Below are positions 29,234-39,975 of a DNA stretch of 64,000 nt, one piece after another. The position numbers were made by a program, and so were the translations under genes. Below the pieces are notes generated by a model. It did no database searches, was not told the origin of the DNA, and saw only the letters and a list, made by a program, of their open reading frames with translations. Location of the stretch: assembly GCA_034189385.1 (NCBI GenBank), contig JAXHVD010000001.1, forward strand, positions 64,619 through 128,618, written 5' to 3'. The DNA comes from Thermodesulfobacteriota bacterium (GTDB lineage Bacteria; Desulfobacterota; Desulfobacteria; Desulfobacterales; C00003060). How positions within the stretch are numbered: the stretch's first letter is position 1; each line of letters opens with the position of its first letter.

Positions 29234-30292
29234 CTATGCCGTGCTGAAAAAACCCCGTATCCTGGCCTTGAAGGGAGGGGGGATGATCCCCTTTTCGGTG
29301 ATGATGGCAGAGACATATCGGTGAGGGGTCACGTCAAAGGCGGGGTTCTGGGCACCTGCGCCATCCGGTACGATTCTTTTTCCGCGGAAATGGGTCACCT
29401 CTTTCTGATCCCTTTGCTCAATGGGGATCTGTTTGCCGGTCTTCGTGGAAAGATCTATCGTCGACAGTGGGGCGGCCACATAGAAAGGAACCTTGTGAAC
29501 CTTGGCCAAGACAGCAACCATGTAGGTACCGATCTTGTTGGCCACATCCCCGTTTGCTGCAATGCGATCAGCACCCACAATGACGGCGTCTATCTGGCTC
29601 TGCTGCATCATATATCCTGCGGCATTATCTGTAATGACCGTGACAGGAATGCCTTCGTGCTTCATTTCCCAGGCTGTAAGGCGTGCCCCTTGAAGAAAGG
29701 GACGGGTTTCATCAGCAATAACTTCTACACCCTTTCCAGCCTCAACAGCGGCCCTGACCACACCCAGTGCCGTTCCGTAGCCGCCGGTGGCCAATGCCCC
29801 TGCATTGCAGTGAGTCAATACCCGGTCTCCGTCCTTTAGCAAGGACTGGCCGTGACGTCCCATGAGCTGGTTGATGGCTATATCTTCTGCTAGGATTTGA
29901 TTTGCCTCTTCTACAAGACGACTTTTTACTCCTTCCACGCCCCCGTCCCTAGTCTCGTCTGCTACCCGTCTCATCCGCTCCACCGCCCATGCCAGATTTG
30001 CAGCTGTTGGCCGAGCGGCGACCATTTCACGGCAAATCCCATCAAACTTGGCCATGAAAGGCACGACTTGAGTAGCACGAAGCTTGAGGGCACCGAGAGT
30101 CACCCCCATGGCCGCAGCCACGCCAATAGCCGGTGCCCCGCGAATAACAAGATCCTTGATCGCACGAATGACTGATCTGTGATTGTTACAGACCACGTAC
30201 TTTTCCTGAGCAGGCAGTTTTCGTTGGTCGATCATAACGACCTGATTGTTTTTCCAAGCGATTGTGTCCACCATGGGTTTGTGCCTCGTCAA
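29234..30292 (-). CDS. mtnA: S-methyl-5-thioribose-1-phosphate isomerase
   Basis: 352 aa, eIF-2B alpha/beta/delta-like. LVIRGAPAIGVAAAMG, THCNAGALAT, VGADRIAANGDVANKIGTY. Confidence 0.85.
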   Translation of the reverse strand: MTRHKPMVDTIAWKNNQVVMIDQRKLPAQEKYVVCNNHRSVIRAIKDLVIRGAPAIGVAAAMGVTLGALKLRATQVVPFMAKFDGICREMVAARPTAANLAWAVERMRRVADETRDGGVEGVKSRLVEEANQILAEDIAINQLMGRHGQSLLKDGDRVLTHCNAGALATGGYGTALGVVRAAVEAGKGVEVIADETRPFLQGARLTAWEMKHEGIPVTVITDNAAGYMMQQSQIDAVIVGADRIAANGDVANKIGTYMVAVLAKVHKVPFYVAAPLSTIDLSTKTGKQIPIEQRDQKEVTHFRGKRIVPDGAGAQNPAFDVTPHRYVSAIITEKGIIPPPFKARIRGFFSTA

Positions 30293-30358
30293 TGATGGTT
30301 CTGTCTCTTGATAGACCTTCTAGCAGGACGTGTCTTATAGAACGCCAAAAGATGGAAT

Positions 30359-30397
30359 TCCCCCTCCCTTGCTTGCAGCTAAGCGCCGGGAGGGGGA
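30359..30397 (-). terminator. Hairpin downstream of the FadL-like gene (putative terminator)
   Basis: On the minus strand: tccccctccc ... gggaggggga, a 10-bp stem with a 19-nt loop, followed by attccatctttt. Confidence 0.4.
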
Positions 30398-30443
30398 GCT
30401 ATTCGACTTTTTCAAAAACCGTTGGGACGGAAGAAAGGCCCAG

Positions 30444-31712
30444 CTAGAATGTGTAGCCCACGCTCACGCCCACTAGGTGGGTGTAGCCGTCTTCAAATTC
30501 GGAAGGAAATATGCCTTCGTCAGGCCTTGCAGCCACCGTGCGGGTGTCACTTTCCAGGTAGGTGTACGACAAATCTACAACCCAGGCATCCCAGTGGATG
30601 CCGCAGCCGATGCTATAGAGCTGGCGATCTTCCGTCGGTATAAGATAGTCTGCTGTCTCGTCCGGGACAGGTGACTCATCGAAGACATACCCGAGGCGAA
30701 GATCTAGCCAATCTGTGGCCTTGTACTCCACGCCAACTTGAAACCGCCACACATCATCCCAGTCTTTCTCTCTCGCGACCTTTGTTATTGGCACACCTGT
30801 ATTCGGATCCACAGCAATGAAACTATCATATTCTATAACAAGGGCATCATAGTCGCTCCAGCCGGTCCATATGGCGTCGAATTCCAGGCTCCACCGGTCA
30901 GCAGGATAAAGCGTTACACCCATAAAGACCATATCAGGCAATGTGATGTCTCCCCTCACCCCGGTGTTATTGAAGACCGGGTCAAGATCGGGGATTGCTG
31001 GTTTATCGAACTTAGCGTCGCCTCTGGCTTTCTGGTCCACTTCACTTGTATAGGACAGGCCCAGAGTCATCCAGTCGCAGGCCTTATAGTGGGCGGCCAG
31101 ATTGTAGCCGTAACCCCAGTCATCGCCGGTGAGTTCCTGGTCAACATCCCCTGCAGGGGTGAGGATCTTTTGTTCCAATTCCAGGTCAAGCCACACGGCA
31201 GAAACGCCGGCAGCTAAAGAGAGTTCATCACTGACCTTAAAGGCCACGTTAGGATTGACGCTTAAGGTTTCTACAAATGCTTTGTAGATGTTGTATTTAC
31301 CCGGCCAGTCGTCGTCGTATTCAGTACCCAACCCAAAACGCGAGTAGACTCCAAGGCCCAGCCAGACGGACTCGCCCATCTGGTAGGTTGAATAGAGATG
31401 GGGTGGAAAAAAGGTATTACTCTCAGTCTCAGTCGATGTCTTGCCACTTGGGCTAAGGGTAACAACATCGGCCTTGGGATAAATAATCGTGGCCCCACCC
31501 ATGAACTGCGTTCCCGGAAGCTGCGTTATCCCAGCAGGGTTGTAGTAAAGAGCAGAAGGATCATCAGCCCGGCCCACAAGGGTTCCACCTAATGCATTTC
31601 CCCGGGCACTTCCTTCATAGAGTGCAAAGCCTGCGCCTTGGGCCATGCTGGCAGCCAGAAGCAAACCTAAGCCAGCAAAAGCGACCTGAAAAAACCAACT
31701 CTTCTTCATCAT
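30444..31712 (-). CDS. Outer-membrane transport protein, OmpP1/FadL/TodX family
   Basis: Trimmed to MMKKSWFFQVAFAGLGLLLAASMAQG (GGAGG SD). GAGFALYEGSARGNALGG...DPSALYYNPAGI is the FadL-family N-terminal motif. C-terminal VSVGYTF. Confidence 0.8.
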   Translation of the reverse strand: MMKKSWFFQVAFAGLGLLLAASMAQGAGFALYEGSARGNALGGTLVGRADDPSALYYNPAGITQLPGTQFMGGATIIYPKADVVTLSPSGKTSTETESNTFFPPHLYSTYQMGESVWLGLGVYSRFGLGTEYDDDWPGKYNIYKAFVETLSVNPNVAFKVSDELSLAAGVSAVWLDLELEQKILTPAGDVDQELTGDDWGYGYNLAAHYKACDWMTLGLSYTSEVDQKARGDAKFDKPAIPDLDPVFNNTGVRGDITLPDMVFMGVTLYPADRWSLEFDAIWTGWSDYDALVIEYDSFIAVDPNTGVPITKVAREKDWDDVWRFQVGVEYKATDWLDLRLGYVFDESPVPDETADYLIPTEDRQLYSIGCGIHWDAWVVDLSYTYLESDTRTVAARPDEGIFPSEFEDGYTHLVGVSVGYTF

Positions 31713-31800
31713 GTTCGACCTCCTCGATTCTAGTGTAGTCATTGTATTGGGGGCGTCTTTCCTCCTGTTTGAATGCAAGCACGGGCCAAGAGAACTTACT

Positions 31801-33258
31801 TTAGGACTCCAACACCTGCCTCAACATGTCATTAACCAATTTAGGATTTGCCTTGCCCCTGGTTGCCTTCATGACCTGCCCAACAAAGAAACCAAACAAC
31901 TTGGTTTTGCCTGCCCTGTAGTCTGAAACCTCCTTTCCATGGTCGGCCAACACCTGTTTGACGACCTCTCTAATCTCGTCTTTATCAGTAATTTGCACCA
32001 GTCCTTTTTCTTGGACTACTTTATGTGGCGCCTTACCTGTTGATGCCATCTCTTCAAACACGGTCTTCGCAATTTTTCCGCTGATAATGCCCGAATCGAT
32101 CAATCGCAACAGCTCTGCCAGTCGCTCGGCAGACACCGGTGACTCTTTAATGGTCCTTTTCACCTCATTCAATTTGGCCAAGAGGGGCCCCACGACCCAG
32201 TTGCAGACAGTTTTTGACTCTGGAAAGTGTTCTGTGCAGGCTTCAAAATAGTCTGCCATGGCTCGAGAGCTCGTCAGAAGTGCTGCATCGTCAGGGGCAA
32301 GGCCATGGTCCGCAATAAAACGCTGCCTCTTGGCATCGGGGAGTTCAGGGAGGCTGCCGCGGATTTCTTCAATCCACTCTTTATCGATTACCAGTGGAAG
32401 CAAATCCGGGTCTGGAAAATAGCGGTAATCATGGGCCTCCTCTTTGCCGCGCATGGGGGCAGTCATCCCCTTGTCGGGGTCCCAAAGGCGGGTTTCCTGA
32501 ACGACCTCACTGCCATCTTCGATCGCGGCCGTTTGCCGCTCGATTTCGTGGAAGAGGGCGCTCTCCACATGCTTAAAAGAGTTCATGTTTTTGAGCTCGG
32601 TGCGGGTTCCAAAGGTCTCAGCGCCCACAGGACGGATAGAGATGTTGGCGTCGCACCTGAAACTTCCCTCTTCCATATTGCCATCACATATCTCCAAATA
32701 TCGAACAATGGCTCGAAGCTGTCGCAGGTAGGCTCCGGCCTCTTCCGGTGTGCGCATGTCGGGTTCGCTCACAATTTCTATGAGAGGCACGCCGGTGCGA
32801 TTGAAATCGACCATGCTCACAGGTCGATAGGCGTGGTGAATAAGTTTCCCCGCATCCTCTTCCATATGTATGCGGGTAATGCCGATGGGCCTGCTATTGC
32901 CGTTGACCTCAATGACAATGTGTCCATGCTCCGCGATAGGAAGCTCATATTGGGATATTTGATACCCTTTCGGAAGATCAGGGTAGAAATAGTTCTTGCG
33001 GGCAAAGCGGCTAGAAGAAGAAATGGTGCAGTTTGTGGCCAAGGCCATACGGAGGGCATAGTCCACTACCTTGCGATTTAAGACCGGAAGGACTCCAGGC
33101 ATCCCAAGACAGACCGGGCAGGTATGGGTATTGGGCGGTGCGCCAAACTCCGTTGAGCAACGGCAGAAGATCTTGCTCTTTGTCCGCAATTGGGCGTGGA
33201 CCTCCAAGCCTATAACGGTTTCATAGTTCAAAGTCGAAAATCCTTTTCTTAAGGTCAA
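31801..33258 (-). CDS. gatB: Asp-tRNA(Asn)/Glu-tRNA(Gln) amidotransferase subunit B
   Basis: [30 protein letters not shown], and a C-terminal GatB_Yqey domain. The real start may be the in-frame TTG at 33231 (MNYETVIG). Confidence 0.92.
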   Translation of the reverse strand: MTLRKGFSTLNYETVIGLEVHAQLRTKSKIFCRCSTEFGAPPNTHTCPVCLGMPGVLPVLNRKVVDYALRMALATNCTISSSSRFARKNYFYPDLPKGYQISQYELPIAEHGHIVIEVNGNSRPIGITRIHMEEDAGKLIHHAYRPVSMVDFNRTGVPLIEIVSEPDMRTPEEAGAYLRQLRAIVRYLEICDGNMEEGSFRCDANISIRPVGAETFGTRTELKNMNSFKHVESALFHEIERQTAAIEDGSEVVQETRLWDPDKGMTAPMRGKEEAHDYRYFPDPDLLPLVIDKEWIEEIRGSLPELPDAKRQRFIADHGLAPDDAALLTSSRAMADYFEACTEHFPESKTVCNWVVGPLLAKLNEVKRTIKESPVSAERLAELLRLIDSGIISGKIAKTVFEEMASTGKAPHKVVQEKGLVQITDKDEIREVVKQVLADHGKEVSDYRAGKTKLFGFFVGQVMKATRGKANPKLVNDMLRQVLES

Positions 33259-33286
33259 AACAAAAGAAGCTTATGGAAACAGGGAG

Positions 33287-33558
33287 AAGTGTCTAAAGGG
33301 CCTAGAGTGCCTAAAGTGAGCTAAAGTTGCTTGAGCGGAAGGCCAGCAGGGCCGCTCTTCATTTGCCATTGACCCGACAACAAATTATACGAAACCTGTC
33401 ATGCCGGATTTGATCCTGCATCCAGTAACTGTCTAGATTCCGGCCGTTCGGCCTTGAGGCTTCGACAGGCCTTCGCCGGAATGACAACATTGGTGTGGTT
33501 CATTGCAGAAGTAATAACTTTAGGCACTTTAGCTCACTCTAGTTCACTTTAGACACTT
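33287..33558. repeat. Decamer-array inverted-repeat element, copy A (non-autonomous, MITE/REP-like)
   Basis: The 42-nt arms at 33287-33328 and 33517-33558 are inverted. Both read aagtgtctaaag...ctaaagtt. Each is built from 9-10 bp units (ggcctagag, tgcctaaag, tgagctaaag, tgaactagag). The 188-nt core contains a long imperfect hairpin, attccggc (33437-33444) paired with gccggaat (33474-33481). Confidence 0.8.
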
Positions 33559-35503
33559 TTATCTGCTCCAATGCCTCCGGGTTTTCCACAGAGGAAAGAT
33601 CACCGGGATCTTCACCCATGTACTTCTTTCGGATGGCTTTTCTTACAATCTTCATAGATCTGGTCCTGGGAAGATCCGGCACGATCTCAACAGCCTTGGG
33701 CCTGAGATTCTTCCCCATGGTCCCAATCACATATTGCGCAATCTCTGTTTTTAGCTGCTCAGAGCCTTTATGCCCTTCTTTTAGAATTACAAAACAGACG
33801 ATGTCAGAACCTTTTATTCTATCAGGCACGCCAATAACAGCCGATTCCTTTACCGCCTCATGGTCCATGAGAGCAGACTCGATCTCGCCGGCCCCGGTCC
33901 GAACACCGGCCACATTGATAGTGTCATCAGACCGGCCGTGAAGGGTCAGTTGTCCCTCTTCATCGCGACTGATGTAATCGCCGTGGTACCAGACCCCTGG
34001 ATTCTTTTCCCATGAGAAGTACGTGTCTATATACCGCTGCCAGTCACCCAGAAAGCCCCTGGTCAGCGATGGGGCGGGCTTTAACACCACGAGGTGACCC
34101 TTGCCCACGTCCATAAGATTGCCTTCGTCGTCGGCAATCCCGATGGCCATGCCCAACCCGTGCATGCCGACTGAGCAGGGCTTGAGCGGCGTCAGGGGAG
34201 AGGGCGATACAAGGCAGCCACACATCTCCGTGCCCCCGCTAATATTGATGATGGGCACCTGACCATGCCCAATCGTCTGAAAGACCCACATGTAGCTCTC
34301 TGGATCGAAAGGTTCGCCGGTGGAGCCCAGAAACTTCAACGATGACAGGTCATATGGACTGATCCAGTCATCGCCCTTTGTCTTCAGGCTTCGGCTGTAT
34401 GTGGGAGAAAGACCCAAATGGGTTAGCCTGTGGCGCACGACCATGTCAAGAATCCGCTTGTGATCGGGGTAAAAGGGATTTCCCTCATAGATGAGGTAAC
34501 AGCCCCCAAAATGCTGGACTCCCATGATCTCCCACGGGCCCATCATCCATCCGATGTTGGTAATCCAATAGAACCTGGTGTCCGCTTTGACATCAAAATG
34601 AAAGCCTAGTTCTTTTACCACCTGGGCGAAGACCCCTGCCACGCGATGAAGCGTGCCCTTTGGCTTGCCCGTGGTGCCTGAGGAGTAGAGGATCATGGCA
34701 AGATCTTCGGCATCAAGGATCGCTGTCTTAAAGGCCGCAGATTGTCTGGGGACCAGCTCGTGCCACCATAGGTCGCGGCCCTCATGCCATGAAATATCGT
34801 GGTGCTCTTGCCGCTTGACCACCACCATGTGCCGGAGGCTGGGCACCTCTTGGGCGGCAGCGTCACAGGTGGCCTTAAGGGGGATCGGTTTGGCCTTATA
34901 AAAACCCACGTCAGCCGTCAACAGGACCCTTGCCTTGGCATCTGCAAGCCTCACGGCCAGGGGCTTTGCACCAAAACCGGAAAAGATCGGGATAAGAGGA
35001 GCCCCCAGCTTCATACAGGCCCAGAAGGCGACTACGAGTTCAGGGATCATGGGCATGTAGAACCCTACAGTGCTCCCTTTTTTGATGCCCAAGGACTTTA
35101 ATGCATTGGCGCACTGGTTGGAAGCCCTGTAAAGGTCAAGATAGGTCCATTTCTCTGTGGTCCCGTCTTCTGCCTCCCAGATAAAGGCCAAACGGTTTGC
35201 GGCACGAGGATCCATGGCGTGGCGGTCCAGACAATGATATGCAATGCTGAGTTTCCCTCCTACAAACCATCTGGCCCTTTCAAATGATTTAGACCCGTCC
35301 AGATCAAGGACGGTGTCATATCGCCGGTGCCAATGGACACCCAAGTAGTCCAGGGCCGCAGGCCAGAACCATGTGATGTCTTCCACGGACTTGCGGTACA
35401 GTTCCTTGTAGGTCCTCATGCCCCACGTGTCCATGAAACCCTTCATACGGGAGCCTTCTATGTATGTTCCAGAGGGCTTCCAGATGATGTCTGATACCTT
35501 CAT
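33539..35503 (-). CDS. AMP-forming acetyl/acyl-CoA synthetase (Acs-like)
   Basis: YKELYRKSVEDITWFW...WFVGGKLSIAYHCLDRH, YSSGTTGKPKG, GWMMGPW, and the C-terminal PRTRSMKIVRKAIRK. Start trimmed to ATG 35503 (MKVSDIIW). Confidence 0.85.
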   Translation of the reverse strand: MKVSDIIWKPSGTYIEGSRMKGFMDTWGMRTYKELYRKSVEDITWFWPAALDYLGVHWHRRYDTVLDLDGSKSFERARWFVGGKLSIAYHCLDRHAMDPRAANRLAFIWEAEDGTTEKWTYLDLYRASNQCANALKSLGIKKGSTVGFYMPMIPELVVAFWACMKLGAPLIPIFSGFGAKPLAVRLADAKARVLLTADVGFYKAKPIPLKATCDAAAQEVPSLRHMVVVKRQEHHDISWHEGRDLWWHELVPRQSAAFKTAILDAEDLAMILYSSGTTGKPKGTLHRVAGVFAQVVKELGFHFDVKADTRFYWITNIGWMMGPWEIMGVQHFGGCYLIYEGNPFYPDHKRILDMVVRHRLTHLGLSPTYSRSLKTKGDDWISPYDLSSLKFLGSTGEPFDPESYMWVFQTIGHGQVPIINISGGTEMCGCLVSPSPLTPLKPCSVGMHGLGMAIGIADDEGNLMDVGKGHLVVLKPAPSLTRGFLGDWQRYIDTYFSWEKNPGVWYHGDYISRDEEGQLTLHGRSDDTINVAGVRTGAGEIESALMDHEAVKESAVIGVPDRIKGSDIVCFVILKEGHKGSEQLKTEIAQYVIGTMGKNLRPKAVEIVPDLPRTRSMKIVRKAIRKKYMGEDPGDLSSVENPEALEQIKVSKVN

Positions 35504-35642
35504 TGCTACATCCTTGGGCGTCTGAATCCGCCCTCCTTTAACAAATATGACCGGAAAAGGCAAATAGCCCTGCCCCCTTTTCTTTTGACAAAGGAAATTG
35601 GGGGGTACTATAACCAAGTGCCCAAAACGGGCTGTGAGGGAC

Positions 35643-35831
35643 ATGATGGAGTATTTTCTCTGTGTGCTAGGGATGGTAATGATTGTCGAAGGGCTTCCCT
35701 ATTTTGCCGCACCTGCCAAGATGAAGACGTGGATCCAAAAGATGGTGGAGCTGCCCGATGGGTCCTTGCGGCTTATAGGGTTTTTGCTGATGGTATGCGG
35801 CCTTGGTCTTGTCTACATCGCCAGACGATAG
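35643..35831 (+). CDS. DUF2065-like small membrane protein
   Basis: MMEYFLCVLGMVMIVEGLPYFAAPAKMKTWIQKMVELPDGSLRLIGFLLMVCGLGLVYIARR: two TM helices and an EGLPYF motif. Confidence 0.6.
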   Translation: MMEYFLCVLGMVMIVEGLPYFAAPAKMKTWIQKMVELPDGSLRLIGFLLMVCGLGLVYIARR

Positions 35832-35888
35832 CACGGTGGCCAAAACAGGGGTGGTCTCTGCCACAAGAGCGACGCAGAATCTATCATC

Positions 35889-36998
35889 ATGTATTTGCTA
35901 AGTGACTATGATTATACCCTTCCTGAGCACCTCATCGCTCAGGCGCCTGCCCATTTTCGAGATCAATCACGCTTAATGGCGTTGGCAAGAGCGGATGGGA
36001 GCATATCCCACCACCGGTTTTTAGACCTTGTGGGGCTTCTGCACTCTGGGGACCTGTTGGTTGTCAACAACACGCGCGTGGTTCCAGCGCGCCTGGCAGG
36101 TACCAAGGAAACGGGGGGCAAGGTGGAGGTCCTGCTCTTGGACTATCCAGGAGCGATGGCAAATGAGGCTTCGGTGGAGGCTCCTGCTGCTGTCCGAGAA
36201 AGAGGGAAGGACAAGGGTGCAACAGACTTTGTCTGCGAGTGTTTGGTCAAGGCCTCCAAGCCTCCCCGCCCGGGATCCATCATCCACTTTGATGAAGGGC
36301 TCAGTGCAAGAGTCCTTGGGGGCGCCCGGGGTGTCTTCGGCATGGACTTCCAGTGCCGGGAGAACATAGACCGCATCGTTGAAAAAATAGGGGAAGTCCC
36401 CCTGCCGCCTTACGTGAAACGCAACGGCCAGGGCCCCCCGCCCTGTGATGATCGTCAGAGTTATCAGACGGTCTATGCAAAAGAAAAGGGGGCTGTGGCC
36501 GCACCCACGGCCGGTCTGCACTTCTCGTCGGAGTTGATAGAACGTATTGTGGAAATGGGTGTTGAGTTTGTTTCCATCACATTGCATGTGGGGTACGGCA
36601 CATTTCTACCTGTCCGGGTTCAAGACATTAGGGATCACCAGATCCATTCTGAGACATACGCGCTCACAGCCGAGGCTGCATCGGCTATTAATCGGGCCAA
36701 GAAGGCGGACAGGCGTGTCATTGCAGTGGGCACCACTTCCGTGCGCGTCCTTGAGTATGCTGCTGACGAGACTGGCCGTGTGCGCCCAGGATCTGGCAAG
36801 TGTGATCTTTTCATCTTTCCCGGTTTTCAGTTCAAGGTGACCGATGGGTTGATCACCAACTTTCACCTTCCCAAGAGCACCCTGTTAATGTTGGTCTCTG
36901 CTTTTGCTGGCAGGCAATTCATCCTGGACGCATATAGAGAGGCCATATGCCGGACATATCGGTTCTATAGCTATGGGGATGCCATGTTCATCCGTTAA
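35889..36998 (+). CDS. queA: tRNA preQ1(34) S-adenosylmethionine ribosyltransferase-isomerase
   Basis: LSDYDYTLPEHLIAQAP...SRLM, VNNTRVVPARL, YQTVYA, GAVAAPTAGLHF, VGTTSVR. Confidence 0.9.
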   Translation: MYLLSDYDYTLPEHLIAQAPAHFRDQSRLMALARADGSISHHRFLDLVGLLHSGDLLVVNNTRVVPARLAGTKETGGKVEVLLLDYPGAMANEASVEAPAAVRERGKDKGATDFVCECLVKASKPPRPGSIIHFDEGLSARVLGGARGVFGMDFQCRENIDRIVEKIGEVPLPPYVKRNGQGPPPCDDRQSYQTVYAKEKGAVAAPTAGLHFSSELIERIVEMGVEFVSITLHVGYGTFLPVRVQDIRDHQIHSETYALTAEAASAINRAKKADRRVIAVGTTSVRVLEYAADETGRVRPGSGKCDLFIFPGFQFKVTDGLITNFHLPKSTLLMLVSAFAGRQFILDAYREAICRTYRFYSYGDAMFIR

Positions 36999-37023
36999 CC
37001 GGGTTACTCCCGTTTGGGCCTAA

Positions 37024-38160
<1,137 letters not shown>

Positions 38161-38346
38161 AAGAGGGTGGTGCAACAGGCTTTGCGCGCCTTCAATTTTG
38201 AGTTTTTGACTTGGCCGTCTAAATGGCGACTTTTTACCAATTTGTCAAACTTGAGCCTTCTACCAATAACTGGTTGCAAAAAAGACGGACTCCGTCTATG
38301 GTAACGGGGACTCTCAGAACCTATAGGAATAGGAGGAACAAAGAAG

Positions 38347-38568
38347 ATGAAGGAAGCGGTTCAAGCGGTTATTGAGAAGATACGGCCTATGCTTCAGGCT
38401 GATGGCGGGGATGTGGAGCTTGTATCGGTAGACGACAGCGTGGTGAAGGTTCGGCTCCAGGGGGCCTGCAAGGGGTGTCCGATGTCCCAAATGACGCTCA
38501 AGAACGGCATTGAGAAGTATATGAAAAAGGAAGTCCCACAGGTGGAACGAGTGGAGGCAGTAGACTAG
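38347..38568 (+). CDS. NifU C-terminal domain (Nfu-type) Fe-S protein
   Basis: IEKIRPMLQADGGDVELVSVDDSVVKVRLQGACKGCPMSQMTLKNGIE. 73 aa. Confidence 0.8.
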   Translation: MKEAVQAVIEKIRPMLQADGGDVELVSVDDSVVKVRLQGACKGCPMSQMTLKNGIEKYMKKEVPQVERVEAVD

Positions 38569-39557
38569 ATGGACCATTTCACCACAGCTGCTCCCCACGT
38601 CAATCCCGCCCCAAAGGTTACCAAAAGCACATAGTCCCCTGGTTTCAGAAGACCGTCTCCGTTGGCCTCGTCTAAGGCGATCGGTATGGATGCGGAAGAG
38701 GTATTGCCGTATTTCTGGATGTTCGTGTAAACCCTTTCCATGGGAATATGCAGCCGCTTTGCAACGGCCTCGATGATCCTGAGGTTGGCCTGATGCGGGA
38801 CCATGAGTCTGACATTGTCACAAGACAAACCATGGTGGCTCAACGCAGAGTCAGCAATCTGGGCCAGGCAGGAGACCGCTTTTTTGAAAAGGCGGTTTCC
38901 TTCCATCTTCATGAAGAAGGGCTTTCCTTCCACGGTGTCCAGGATCTCAGGGACCTTGGAGGCTCCATTGGAGGAATAGAGGAGGTCCCAAAGACTGCCG
39001 TCAGATCCCAGGTGGGTCGAGAGAATGCCATCGTCGTCTGTACTGGGGGAGAGAACGACGGCCCCAGCACCGTCGCCGAGCAAGACGCAGGTGGATCGAT
39101 CCTCCCAATTTGCCACAGAGGAAAGACGCTCAGCGCCCACGGCCAACACGTTTTTACAGCACCCTGTCGCAATGGCATTGTCCGCAACTGAAAGGGCGTA
39201 GAGAAAGCCGGAACATCCGGCAGATACGTCAAAGGCTACGGCACTGCTAGCCTTGAGTTCCTTTTGGACAAGGCATGCCACAGAGGGAAACTGACGGTCC
39301 GGCGTCACCGTGCCCACAATAATCATATCGAGGGCTTCGGGCACGATGCCAGCCATGTCCAAGGCCCTGAGAGATGCCCGAGTGGCCATCTCTGACGTGT
39401 CTTCCCGTTGTCTATTTGAGGAAATCCGGCGTTCCTTGATCCCTGTTCGCCGCGTTATCCACTCATCACTGGTGTCTACAATGGTCTCAAGGTCTTTGTT
39501 TGTAAGGATCCTCTTGGGCGTTGTAGAACCTGTGCCAACAATACGTGCCCGCGTCAT
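38565..39557 (-). CDS. fabH: Beta-ketoacyl-ACP synthase III
   Basis: TSDEWITRRTGIKERR, the active-site AGCSGFLYAL, HQANLRI, and GNTSSASIP...FGAGLTWG. Confidence 0.92.
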   Translation of the reverse strand: MTRARIVGTGSTTPKRILTNKDLETIVDTSDEWITRRTGIKERRISSNRQREDTSEMATRASLRALDMAGIVPEALDMIIVGTVTPDRQFPSVACLVQKELKASSAVAFDVSAGCSGFLYALSVADNAIATGCCKNVLAVGAERLSSVANWEDRSTCVLLGDGAGAVVLSPSTDDDGILSTHLGSDGSLWDLLYSSNGASKVPEILDTVEGKPFFMKMEGNRLFKKAVSCLAQIADSALSHHGLSCDNVRLMVPHQANLRIIEAVAKRLHIPMERVYTNIQKYGNTSSASIPIALDEANGDGLLKPGDYVLLVTFGAGLTWGAAVVKWSI

Positions 39558-39975
39558 GATGCATCATCCCTCCTACTTCAAAATCAAACACTAAGGGGCT
39601 GCTTCCCAAAACCCTCTTGCCCTTTTTCATGCCCTTTCTCTGATAAATCTAAGGGTTGACTCAGGCCCGCTAACAGGAAAAAGCTCGAAGACGTGTGCGT
39701 GAGAAAGGTGTCCATGAACGGCTCAAAGGGTTCTCCAATTGGGCGAGAGCCCGTTAAAATGCCTTTCCGGTCTCCATCCGGAAAATGCTCCTACCTTGGA
39801 AGGATGGGAGATGGGAGGCATCCAGAACATTTTTGCAGAAACCCTGTCTAACACGAAATATTTCTGGTGTCATGCCTTTTTTGCCTTGTTGCATTTTTGC
39901 AGTATTGTGGTAAAGAGTGTGCAGATTTTGTCATATATCTTCTATAGATCACACGGTAATTTGAAAGGGGCTACC

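Noticed and set aside
28877-29839. 320-aa plus-strand ORF
   Set aside because: Antisense to the DUF3467-like gene and to mtnA, both well supported.
32227-33081. 284-aa plus-strand ORF
   Set aside because: Antisense to gatB.
33287-33328. Tandem 9-10 bp units considered as a CRISPR or minisatellite array
   Set aside because: The units are far too short, there are no spacers, and the arrays occur as inverted arms of a larger element. It is not a CRISPR array.
39739-39975. N-terminal extension of the aminotransferase ORF
   Set aside because: No homology-like sequence. Aminotransferase similarity begins at MTIAAKIDAV (ATG 39976).
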